DNA from: Macrostomum lignano
Lineage: Eukaryota
Length of the DNA: 64,000 nucleotides
Assembly: GCA_002269645.1 (NCBI GenBank)
Contig: NIVC01003288.1
Coordinates: 29,517-93,516, forward strand
Reading direction: 5' to 3'
In this document: one piece after another, positions 25,438-38,175 of the stretch
Layout of the letters: each line of letters starts with the position of its first letter
Numbering within the stretch: the stretch's first letter is position 1
Position numbers and translations under genes: made by a program
Notes under the pieces: generated by a model
The model's database searches: none
Seen by the model: the letters and a program-made list of their open reading frames with translations, nothing else
Told to the model about the DNA's origin: nothing

Positions 25438-27113
25438 ATGCGACTGCCTAAACTGTTGCCATTGCTTCTAATTGGAGGACTGGCGACATTGAATGTCGCA
25501 ATTGCCGACGAAATTAACTGCGGCGTCAACCTGCTGTACGAGACGGACCAGACCGTGATAGCGTCGCACCGGCTCTACGGCCGGAAGTCCTACCAGCCGA
25601 ATTCTGTCTGCCGGTACATCATCCGCGCCTGGAGCCCCGACTACCGCATCGAGATCACATCGGTGAGTTTTGACCTCGAGTACACTTCCGAGTGTACGGG
25701 CGATTCCCTGACTGTCTATTCGGGCGGAAACGATTCGAGTCCTGTGCTGGGCCGATTCTGCGGATCCCTAGACTGGTCGGTGCTCACGCAGAGCTCGTTT
25801 GTGGCTCTTGTGTTCTCTAGCGATGCTTACCTGGAGAAAGGCGGCTTCCAGCTGCGGTACCGGTTCGTTTCCAAAGACGAGTACCAGAAGCGAATCGCTT
25901 GTCCCAATGGCTACTTGGCCTGCAACAGTGGCAACGGCTGCTACCCATCCAAGTGGAAGTGCGACGGAATCAAAGACTGCAAGGACGGATCGGACGAACA
26001 ATTCTGCACGAGCACGCTTACCTGTCCAAGTGGCCAGGTTGCCTGCAAGGATAACTCCAAATGCATTTTTTCTGGCTGGTGGTGCGATGGCTTTCGCGAC
26101 TGTGGTGATGGCAGCGATGAGACAAGCTGCAGCGGCGGTGGCAATACCGGTGGCAATACTGGTGGAGGCACTGGAGGCAGCACCGGTGGAAGTACGGGGG
26201 GAAGCACTGGAGGCGGCACAGGTGGCGGAACACGTAAGTTAACGTCTTTTAAGGTCTTTTCAACTCACTCAACGCAATCATGAATTTTCCGGTACTTGAA
26301 TAGCAGCTTTCTTGCACTTGAATTACGCCAGACCAGTAACTCAATGCAATTTACTTTGCTCTTGCAGCACCTTCGGGCTGTGGCACGCCAGCCATCCCGC
26401 CAGACGAAACTCGCATCGTGGGCGGCAAGGAGGCTGTCAAGAACAGCTGGCCCTGGATGGTGTCGCTGCGTCTCTTCGGCGGCCACTTCTGCGGCGGCAG
26501 CATCTACAACGCTAACTGGATCATCACGGCCGCGCACTGCGTCGAGAACTACATGTCGCCGTCGATGTGGGGCGTTGACGCGGGACGACACTGCCGGGAC
26601 TGCACTGAGGCGACGCTGCAGAGACGCAAGGTGACGCAGGTAGTTCGATATCCGAACTACGACTCGAGCCGGACTAACCAGGACCTGGCCATGATGCGGG
26701 TGGACCGGCCGTTCCAGTTCAACTCGCAGGTGTCTCCGGTGTGCCTGCCGAGCTCGCCGGTGTCGAACATGGCCAGCTGTTTCGCCACAGGCTGGGGCAG
26801 CACGCAGGGCACTGGGGACAACACCAGGCTGCTGCAGGTGATGGTGCCGATCGTACCCAACTCGATCTGCGGCGACGCGTCGCATTACGGAGGCGCCATC
26901 ACCAGCTACATGGTGTGCGCCGGCTACGAGCAGGGCGGCAAGGACGCGTGCCAGGGCGACTCCGGCGGGCCGCTCGTGTGCAAGTCCGGCGGAGTCTGGT
27001 ACCTGCAGGGCATCACGAGCTGGGGCGAGGGCTGCGCCAAGCCCCAGCGACCGGGAGTGTACACTCGAGTGCAGATGTACACCAGCTGGATCCAGCAGAC
27101 CGCTTCTGGATGA
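25438..27113 (+). CDS. Secreted modular serine protease B: signal-CUB-LDLa-LDLa-Gly/Thr linker-trypsin (exons 25438-26233, 26368-27113)
   Basis: Same domain motifs as copy A, intact triad, phase-1 GT-AG intron in frame. Confidence 0.96.
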
Positions 27114-28437
27114 GCTGCGAACAACTTGATACTTTTGTTGATTGCTTTCGGCTCTGCAGATTTCTGATTGGATGCAAATCAATATAGTGATATGTTTAAT
27201 GAGTTGTCAAGGTATTTGTTTGTTCATTTTATCATAATGGAATTTTTCTCAATAATATAGTATCTTTCATAGTCCTTTTAATCGTTGTTGCTTACGCCTC
27301 CTTGGTGCTTGCTGCAGCCTCCCCCTACTCTCCTATAAAGTCTGCTCTAATGGGTTTTGGAAATATATCCTTAAAAGTAATAGAACTCACTGTGATCTTA
27401 TTTTTCGTGCCACACCCTATACTTAAATTTTTTGCTTGAGTGACCATGATAATTAAATTTTAAGCCGAGGCTAATCAGTAAGAGATTTCACATGGTCACT
27501 TTGTATGCTAGCTCGCATTAAGCAATGTTTTAATGTGTGACGCATTACCTACTGCCAACTGTATTATTAATCCTTTAGCACTTGAAATCGTGTTCCCATA
27601 ATCGCCATCGCCTCTTGAGCGGCCTGTTTCCGGGATTTTTTAATAGCGGTGCTCGTTAATTTTCCTGATCGGTTTGCATTCTACGAGGAACAAATGAAAT
27701 TTATCGGTCTGGCTTTTGGATTTGCGTCTTAACACACCGAATTTCTAGCCCTTTCGAAGTGTTACTTCCGACGGTAGCTCCAGACATGTTTTACTGAGAA
27801 GCACATTAAAAGTTCTTCTGTACCCATGTGGAGCAGTTGTTGGGATTCGCAAGCCTTTGCAGGCAAAAGTGGACTGGATAGAATTTTAACCCCACCCCAC
27901 CCCCCCCCCACGCATTAGGGTGACGGTCTGACGCTCCACCTGTCAGCAGGGAAGCTTCCATTGTCTTTCACCTGGGCGGCTGGCCCAGTACAGGCCTCTG
28001 GAAGGCTAAGGATTCAAGACTGCGCGAGAACAAAACCTCACGCGGGCAAGTGAAGAGGGATCGATGCATACTGAGACACAATTCATAAGACGCAACGCAT
28101 CTGCATGCTGTGACAGAAAGCAGCATGAAGGGTAGCAGTTCTCGTGGCCTTACCCGCCTCCTCTACCTGGAAATGAAATCGTAGATGCGTGATGGAGAAC
28201 TTTCTTTCTAGGGAGTTTCCCCACGCCTCTCCCTACTTTGTGGTGTTTTGTTCACACAACCATCTACTATGCTCCCCCTTCGTACTTCACGGGCATAAAA
28301 TACTGGATATCGCCGTGTCTGGCTGCTTTTTTCAGTCCAGATATTCCAATATTAAAACTCATTGAAAGTTTTTTTCATTTCTAAGAAAAACTTCTAATTT
28401 CAGTAAACTCAAAAAAGCATATTAATTTTGTTTAACT

Positions 28438-28971
28438 ATTCAAACATCCACTCCGAGCGTGCACTGCTGTGACAGCAAATTCAAGCATCCACTCCGAGCG
28501 TGCAATGCTGTGACAGCAAATTCAAGCATCCACTCCGAGCGTGCAATGCTGTGACAGCAAATTCAAGCATCCACTCCGAGCGTGCAATGCTGTGACAGCA
28601 AATTCAAGCATCCACTCCGAGCGTGCAATGCTGTGACAGCAAATTCAAGCATCCACTCCGAGCGTGCAATGCTGTGACAGCAAATTCAAGCATCCACTCC
28701 GAGCGTGCAATGCTGTGACAGCAAATTCAAGCATCCATTCCGAGCGTGCAATGCTGTGACAGCAAATTCAAGCATCCACTCCGAGCGTGCAATGCTGTGA
28801 CAGCAAATTCAAGCATCCACTCCGAGCGTGCAATGCTGTGACAGCAAATTCAAGCATCCACTCCGAGCGTGCAATGCTGTGACAGCAAATTCAAGCATCC
28901 ACTCCGAGCGTGCAATGCTGTGACAGCAAATTCAAGCATCCACTCCGAGCGTGCAATGTTGTGACAGCAAA
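28438..28971. repeat. 41-bp minisatellite, 13 copies
   Basis: Unit ATTCAAGCATCCACTCCGAGCGTGCAATGCTGTGACAGCAA, near-identical copies, no spacers. Confidence 0.97.
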
Positions 28972-31493
28972 TACTGGCAAAAAATCCAATCAAATAAGGG
29001 TAAGCGTGCCTGCACTCTCAGATTCTTCCCAAGTAAAATAATATCTAAAATACCGCTCCGTAGGTCTGTAAGCCTGTACTTTCCGCTCTGGTATTAAATT
29101 TCAGCTGATGCATCCACAAACATACGGGCCTAAGGCCTTCGCTTATCTCTGCTTCTCCACTTCTCTCTCCTATTTTGTTTTTCCTCTTTCTGGCTTCGCT
29201 CTCGACTTCTCTCGGGCAGTGAGTAGGCGTTGGGCTCGACATCCTTCCGCTGACTCACCGGAGAGCTCTCGAATGGTGCCAAAGCTGGGATCGCAAGACT
29301 GAGGGCTCCAGTCTCTTCAAGGGTCAGGAAAGTAGCAGTCCTTGAAATCAGCTTCCGGATAATTGCTTTTGGATAGTACTTGGACTTTTCCCTTGATTTT
29401 TACGTCAAGTATACCACGATTGGACTCTTAACACCCCGACTCTCGTGTTTCTCAAGTCTCCGGGTTCTCAATGACAGGCCAACGCTAAGGCACAGTGAGT
29501 GTTTGCATGTACATTCTACTGTGCATAAACCCTTTGCTTATTATCACACACACATTCACGAGTTACGATAGCTAAAATTGGTTTCTCAAACAGTTCTCAT
29601 GACGCCGATTCGAACCTGTTTTACAACTCATAGAGGAGCTCAGTCAGAATCAAAATTCGCTTTCATGAGGATAATAGTGCATCTTCTTGGGTTGAAGTCC
29701 TGAGCTGTTCCAGGCACCCTATCCTACGAGATAATTGATCCTTTGTATCCATTTTTGCCTCACCTGGGAACTTCCATATCTGCTTCAGTTTCTCCTGCCT
29801 CTGTCGCAAGCCATCGCCAGTTCCTCATTTGCTCCCTCTCTTCATCACAGGTGACAACGTGGCGAATACGAAATTATGACGCACAAATTATTCTTTCCCC
29901 GCCCCATCATTTCCACTTCATCTTTTAAAAGCACCTGGGACGCTCCAAACCGGACAGAAATGCTCACATATGCGGCACAGAACCTGTAATTCGAGCGCCA
30001 CTCGTGCATCACTAAAGTGCAACAGCACCTGTTTTCATTAAAACAGGTTAGACATTGAGACACTTGCGCCGAAACGAAAGTAAATCAAGATATTGACTAA
30101 TCGTCAAATTTTGTATGCATAGACGGATCGATAACAGCTCTGCCATATTGCTGTTGCCTTTGTTCATCCAGATATTTTTGCCTCGCCTGAGCAAGTCGCA
30201 GCCAAATCGATGGGCAGATTTCTCTTCCTCTCGCCAGGCTTCGGGGGATCGGAAAATTTAATTTGAGATCCCGATTGAGAATCTTGTTTCCTGTTTGTTC
30301 GAATCATGGCTGGAGGAAAGTGCAACATACAGATATGTGAGGAACCCAGTGCTCGGCCCTTCCAACTAACTCTTGAATTCAATAAACCTGAGCCAATCCA
30401 GGCGACTTTATCACGCCAGTCTGTAGCATGCGAGTTCCAGTGCCTTCTTTCCATTCAGTTTTGATCAGGTCTGTCAAACTAATCGGTTCTGTTATTGATT
30501 TCTAATTTGCTTGGCTTGCACCTGTGTAGCCGGTAGTCACAAAAAGCTAAGGCCGTTTTATTCGCGAGTACGTCGACTCCGCCATTGTCTGCTTCCGTGG
30601 CACTCCCAGCTTACAAAAGTTCCGCCCTATCTCACTCCTCATCCTACTCGCTTCACCTCACTGACTCCTCATCCTTCTCAAGCGCACTCTTCTCCGCCTC
30701 AAGACCTGTACTGCCTTTCATCTCCACCCCTTGCTGGCCTGATCGTCAGCTGCAACTGAAGTGACTGGCTGCGAGAAAGAAGTGAAGGGAAACTGTAAAC
30801 ACGCTCGTGCTTGCACCGGGCTGCCTTCCGCCAACCCGCAGCGGCCGAACAACTCTTTACAGAACCGGCCGGTAACAGACAGGGTTCCGTCAGAAGTCTC
30901 AGGCATTGACGCGCAAAAGTGAGTGGATTCCCCCAAAAAAGTTAAGAAGCGGTAGAAGACCTACTTGAGACGCAGTTGCAGCCCTCCTGGCCTCTTTTGC
31001 CCTTTCTCATCTCTCTTATGCAGCCGCTTTCATAGAATTTAAATGAACAAAATAATTCACCCGAGAGAGTTTACTGAGGAAAAAAGTACACGTCTCGGAG
31101 GGGTGGCAGTTTCACTTAATGAGGCTCCGTTTCGCAGCGGGGATCCTGGTTGCTGAGTGTACCCTCTTCAGTGCCAAAAAGGTAGCTGCTTCTCAAGCAT
31201 TAGCGGTAAATTTCCGATGCTAATAATGCCACCTCTTCCTGTCAATTTTTAAACTCCAATTTAATACTTTTCAACACAATAGCAGCTTTCTCATTCTGCC
31301 TGGCATTGGAACTCAAGTTTGCCACAGAGGTTCCGGTAAGGCACTTATAGTAACTGCCATTATAGCTGCTGGGGACATGAATTGCAGTCCCAACTTTCAG
31401 CCACGAGTGGAAGCAATAAATTACCATTACTTTATTATATATTATGTTCTTTTTTGGCAGCTCGTGCTTAGCGTGTGCTGCCCAGTCCAAAAG

Positions 31494-31882
<389 letters not shown>

Positions 31883-33078
31883 CCTTCTTCATTCCTCACC
31901 CTGCCTATGTCTGTGCAGCGTGGCGCAAGTTGTTTCCCTGATTCTAAGTCGATGCGTTTAACATATCCGCTCGCAGAACAAACGATTCTTGAAACAAACG
32001 TTTTGTTGAAACGAACCTAAACAAGAACACTAGACGAGAAGCTTTGACGTCAATGATTATTGCTTCTATTTTTTGCTTTCAAACATTCACAAAAAACTAA
32101 AAGTAGCTGAAATTGTTGCGACTCCTTGAAAGTTGAGAGTTGAGTGAAAACAGTCAGTTAGAAAGTTAGCAAAGAAGGTCAGAAGCGCAAGCAAATGCGG
32201 GTTGCCTCTCGATGGCGAAGAAGGTCCAGTGCCTCTACCGCATGAGCACGGCTAGACGCAAGCCTCGGTATAATAACATTTGCCGACCAATCTCTACTTT
32301 AAAGTGCACTGAGCAATAGAAAGAACTTCTATGCGCCACTGGCAGCCAATTTCCATGGCTGGCTGAGCCCAATCAGAAGGCCGAATGCACTTACTGGGCC
32401 AGCCCCCTGTGACAGCTTACCCGCCAGACTGTATTTCCTGATGCCTGTTTTCTGCCTTTTTTTCCAACGAAAAATCCACTCTGTTTCATTTTGTAATCAA
32501 AGAAATGGCCGATCCGACCCTGTCTGGGCCACTTGAATATGACTCTGCTGGGGGGCATCATTTGATTGAGCCGACACACTGAGACTTGCGATATTCACGC
32601 GCTTATACGGCTGGACTTGGTTGAAAATTTAATTACAGCGCCCGGTTTCGGCTCTAAATTCCAGCATACTTTACAATTTCTCATTGAAATGAACCGCGCC
32701 AAATGCCCCGCTCTGTTTTAGCCAAGTTTTCACGGTTTTCAGCTTTGACGATGGAAAACTTATTTACGTCAATAATTATTCAGCTCAGTTTCTAACTAAT
32801 CAATCCAGATGAATCGAGATTTCATCCAACTCATTTTTTTGTTTTTCCCCACTGTCTAAGCCGCGGCAGTGTGACTGGCCAGCGGGGCCCAGCGAATCGC
32901 CGCTGGTCGGATGTGGAAAGGAGCCGAGACAGCCCACACGGACTGAAATAGCAGGCCAGATAGTGCATAAAAACAAGGACTGCCGCGGCCCAACTGCTAA
33001 AGACGCGCCGAGGAAGCTCAGGCGGAAAGTGAACTACGCTAAAGTTGGCTTCAAAGTCTGCGGCAGCCAGCTCCAGAT

Positions 33079-34384
33079 ATGCTCACGGGCGAGTGCTCAG
33101 TCGGAATCGGGAATTTGAGTGAGCCAATCAATGAGACGCTATATTTAAGTAAAAAAGCTCAAGCTGATGAGCTGATATTCCACACCATCTGCATCGTGGT
33201 GGGCTTGGTTGGCCTCGTGCTGAACAGCCTGTCACTTATCGTGTTCGCCAAAGTGTTCTTCAAGTCCAGCAAGCGCAATAACTTTCACCTGTTCTTTCTG
33301 CTGCTGAGCTTCTGCGAAATCACGTTCTGCATCGGCAGCGTGATGACCTACTCAATCCAAATGGTCAGCAATACGGAGCCGTACAGTTGGACCGGGTTCG
33401 ACCCTAGCCTCGGCGAGAAGGTGGACATTAGTTTTTACTCCTCCGTCAACCTGCCAGGCGGCAGCAGCAACGCTGCGGTGGTGCTCTTCGCCGGGGTGGC
33501 CAACCTGTCCAACTACCTGGCCGTGCTGTCGCAGTTCTCGCGCAACTGCTGGGTCGGCATCACCGCCCTGCTGCGCTGCTACATCGCTACTCGACGAACC
33601 AACGTTCAGGTAAGTCGGGCAATGCAGGATGCCTGCCGGATAGCCACCAGCGTATCATTTGTTAATGACTGAATAAATAAACATTTCACAGGTGAATAAG
33701 ATTTACGCCACCAGACGCATACTACTAATGTTCTTCGTGAAGCTCTTCATCATAATCGGGCTGGCCATCGTTCGTACTTACCTAAAGGACCCAGGTAGTT
33801 TTATGCGCATGGAAGTATACATGTGCAATACCAGCGACTGGGTGACCAGCTCTCGGCTGTTGCTGCATATGCCCAATAAGCAGCCAAAGTACTGGAGCCA
33901 CGTGGACATGGGCTGGAACATCCTGGCGCAGTTTATTCCCCTGGTGGTCATCATCGCCAGCTCCGTGATCCTTGTGTTCTCGCTGCGCAACGGGGCCGGC
34001 GTCGGCAGCAGCAGCGCCGAGAGGAACAAGCGGGTCACTCGCATGGTGATCATCTTTGCCATCACCTTCGCGGTGCTGGAGGGCCCGAGGGCCATCGTCT
34101 ACGCTATTCCACGGCATTTGCGCTTGCGCAGACTGCCTCAGGTTACATTTTTTCTGTCGCAAGCGGACTCAATCGTGAACGTGTTCATTTATTTCTTCAA
34201 TGATCAGCACTTTCGGAAGGCTCTGTGCGGAGAGCAACAAGCGAACGGCTCTCGTCAGCCGCGGCCGCCGCAGACGCAGCAGCAACGGGGCTCTTGCGAC
34301 GCCTGCGAGGAGGTTGGCATGCTACCAACCAGAGACAGACGGAAAAGCTCTGGCCTGGAGGGACAGGACCCAGCCGAGGAATAA
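33079..34384 (+). CDS. Rhodopsin-class (class A) GPCR, peptide-receptor-like (exons 33079-33609, 33692-34384)
   Basis: Seven hydrophobic segments; GLVGLVLNSLSL in TM1, LLRCY in place of DRY, FAVLEGP in TM6, NVFIY in place of NPxxY; N-glycosylation sites at the N-terminus; phase-0 intron of 82 bp. Confidence 0.88.
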
Positions 34385-36300
34385 CTCATTTTAGCATCGC
34401 ACGCTAAGCATCGGCTTGCGCAAACAGCGGTACCCGAAAAGCCTGGGAACTTGGTTGGCTGTCCCAGCCTCGCAGGTCCTGGGAGGGCGGTGTGGTGCAT
34501 AATGCATGAAAATTAAACAAAAATGCTTTGCTGTCAATTTTAACTGCCTGGCTTGGACAAACTTTCTCCCCATCCCTACTCTTTCCGCCGCTGTCGTATT
34601 TTCTTTTTTTGCCTCCCCCCACCGCTGCTAGTTTCCAGTTTCCTATAAATTCCCTCCTGAGCATCGGCAAGCGAGCAGCAAAAGAAAATAAGAAGGTAGA
34701 AATTTCTGGACTTGGAATAGAACTCACCCTCAGAAGGTGCGTCCTCACGTGCATACCCGGCGTTCGATTCTCGCTAATTGCACACAACTTTTTTGACACC
34801 TGTGTTTGCTTGTTCGTTCTGTCGGTTAGAATGTCTTTTAGAATGAAATTCGCCAGTTCGGTGTTGACCTACCCGAGTGAAATGTCAATTTGGACAGCCG
34901 GCTGAGGGCTGCCAGGCTAATTTGTTCTTCGATAAGAGTCGGTGACTTTGGCAAAGAAGCAAGACTAACACAGTTTAGCGTAGCTGAGCCACAGCACAGA
35001 TACCTGTGCAAGCTGTCAGCGCATTGAGCCAGTCCGATCTGCACCTTTGTTTTTTAGTCAGTAATTAATTAGCCTGTTCTGTATCACGTCCGACTTTATA
35101 CTTTCTCATCACCAATGGCGCCATCACGCTCTGTTCAATATGCTATACGAGCTTTATTTTGTTTATTTCGAAAACTAGACTGTTGTAGAAATAAAGCCGC
35201 TGCAGATAAGACGCTTACCTGTCGCTGACCAGGTCCTGGCTGGGTCCTGCATGGCCAGCCCGAAAAAGTTGGCATTCGACTTGGCGATTTGTTGAAAAAG
35301 CAGGAGAGGGTGGGGAGGGGAGCAGAAATCCAACTTCAGATGGGCTCCGGCTCTCGATCAAGATTGTGCCTCAGTTGTTCTTTTTCCAATTGCCTTCGTC
35401 AATGTTTGTCCAGTCATTGCCATTCAGAAGTCGCGTGTGTCCGCTGGCCTTCCCTCCCTCTGAGTTGGAATGCTAAATAAAAGACAGAAAAATGGGGAGA
35501 TTTGTGACCGCCTCCGAGCGCTCGGGGACGCTTGCTGGACAGAAATTTCCGCTAACAAACCTGGAAATATTAGAACCCACCTGCTGCCTCGTCTTTACCT
35601 CTCGCTTCACAATTTCTTGGCTTGCCCAGAAATTTCTAGCTCTCAGCCGTGCCCCTCTCTGCTTGCTGCCCGTCAGTTCCCAGATGCCGTTCCTCACCGA
35701 TCTCGGAGCAGCCCCCGTCTGCTGCCTGTCACAAAGAAGCATTCTCAGCTTACTCGGACGAAGAACGAAGTCTCGCTCAGCCTGTCTATTCCTATGCCGC
35801 CGCTATTTCCCCTGCATCATGCGGCGCCTTCGTGTCCAACTGTGCGCCTGGCGTTCCGTCTGGCTAAGGCCGAAGTGTGCGTACGAAGTTCGTAGATAGT
35901 AAATTTCTCTGCGAAGATTTGACAGCTATTAATTCTGATAATCACGCTTCTGTGCCAGGTTCGCAACTCTAAATTTAGTTTAGATAATCTTACAGCCGCT
36001 CAATCAGCGGCTTTGTGTGATAATAGCACCATCCCTACCCATAAAAGACAATGCAAAAGTCAAGCTAAAAACACCGAAGTCCAAATTAAGCTTGACTTTT
36101 CATCCAAAAAGTATCCAAAATTTTGACAGGCGAAAATTTGCGGTGCCACATTACGATTACCATACGACGATTACCATACGATACGATAATATGTTACGAA
36201 AACTTCTAAATATTCTTGTACCAACCTCTGTGTCCCTACCCGGACTCCCCTACTCCCCTTCAGAAACCATAACCTCAGACTCCCGACCCCAAAATCCCCA

Positions 36301-37200
36301 CCCCAGACTCCCTACCCCAGACTCCCTACCCCAGACTCCCCACCCCAGACTCCCTACCCCAGACTCCCTACCCCAGACTCCCTACCCCAGACTCCCTACC
36401 CCAGACTCCCTACCCCAGACTACCCACCCAGACTCCCCACCCCAGACTCCCTACCCCAGACTCCCTACCCCAGACTCCCTAACCCAGACTCCCTACCCCA
36501 GACTACCCACCCCAGACTCCCCACCCCAGACTCCCCACCCCAGACTCCCTACCCCAGACTCCCCACCCCAGACTCCCCACCCCAGACTCCCTACCCCAGA
36601 CTCCCTACCCCAGACTCCCTACCCCAGACTCCATACCCTAGACTCCCTACCCCAGACTCCCTACCCCAGACTCCCTACCCCAGACTCCCTACCCCAGACT
36701 CCCTACCCCAGACTCCCTACCCCAGACTCCCCACCCCAGACTCCCCACCCCAGACTCCCTACCCCAGACTCCCTACCCCAGACTCCCTACCCCAGACTCC
36801 ATACCCTAGACTCCCTACCCCAGACTCCCTACCCCAGACTCCCCACCCCAGACTCCCTACCCCAGACTCCCTACCCCAGACTCCCTACCCCAGACTCCAT
36901 ACCCTAGACTCCCTACCCCAGACTCCCTACCCCAGACTCCCCACCCCAGACTCCCTACCCCAGACTCCCTACCCCAGACTCCCTACCCCAGACTCCCTAC
37001 CCCAGACTCCCTACCCCAGACTCCCTACCCCAGACTCCCTACCCCAGACTCCCTACCCCAGACTCCCTACCCCAGACTCCCCACCCCAGACTCCCCACCC
37101 CAGACTCCCTACCCCAGACTCCCCACCCCAGACTCCCCACCCCAGACTCCCTACCCCAGACTCCCCACCCCAGACTCCCTACCCCAGACTCCCCACCCCA
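36301..37200. repeat. 14-bp C-rich/G-rich minisatellite, about 64 copies
   Basis: Unit CCCCAGACTCCCTA with a CCCCA variant. Confidence 0.97.
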
Positions 37201-38007
37201 GAGCCAGAATCCCGCAAGCCCATCACTCAGACCCTTATAGCTGGTTTCCACACACCATTGGAAATATGCGTGACCGTCTCTAACCCATTGAAAGCGGCAA
37301 TGAATGAAATCTTGCTGTCTTGCCAATACAAAGCTAATGGTGTGGGACTCAAAATTAATCAATCGCACGGAAAAGTGTTCGAAAGTCAGCTAATTCCCAA
37401 TGGTTCGCCAATCCGGACTATATTTCTGTATTAAGGTAAAACACACGGAGAGGAGAGAAGGGAGGAAGGCTGCTTAGTCGCAGTCGAGCCGCGAGAGTCC
37501 CAGTCAAACAGCCACGGCCTGGCGCATGACAATATAAATCAGCGCCTGGGTGGGCAGAATGAATCAAAGCAAAGATTTTAGAGCCTCTCTGCCCAGCCAC
37601 CTCTTGCCGACAGCAGATTCTGATAACTAGTGCGTGACAGCTCTGCGGAATCGCAGGCGTGCCGTGAATGCCTGCTTCACAGCTTAAACAGCTTAAGCTT
37701 TGCTGTTCTGTTGGCTTTTAATGGATCAGACTCTGCTAACTGATATTAAAAAATATGCATGCATATACATATACTCGTATTTACGGACTTATCGAACTTG
37801 ATCTGCAACTCAACTTAGGAAATTGCCATTGATGCTGCAATGCTGACTCAGTTTTTTAAATAGAACCTCACCATATCGCTAAGGGAGTTCAGGGAGGATG
37901 GTTTTTTGTTAGTTTTTGTTTTTACCGGGCATATATTATCGAATGGCCAATGCAGTGCAATGGGCCGCAGTGCAATGCAATGACTTGTTACAGAAGAGCA
38001 TGGAAGA

Positions 38008-38175
38008 AGGGGGTGTAGTTAGTGTGTCCGACTCACGACTGAAAGGTCGGGGGATCGATTCTCGACCCACTCGGAACAGTTTGTGTCATTGAGCAAGACG
38101 ATTAACTCTGCATTGCTTTCAGTTCACCCAGCTGTAAAATGGTTGCCAGCATTAGCTGGGGTAATTGAGGGTGAG
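38008..38175 (+). mobile_element. tRNA-derived SINE with CORE-like domain, copy 1
   Basis: tRNA-like head, then GTGTCATTGAGCAAGACGATTAACTCTGC..CAGTTCACCCAGCTGTAAAATGG; homologous to 57895-58050. Confidence 0.75.

Noticed and set aside
27900-28250. GC-balanced segment resembling a retroelement UTR
   Set aside because: No ORF, termini or second copy in the window to support a call.
29565-29640. Minus-strand B-box-like GGTTCGAATC
   Set aside because: No A box or cloverleaf; at most a decayed SINE fragment.
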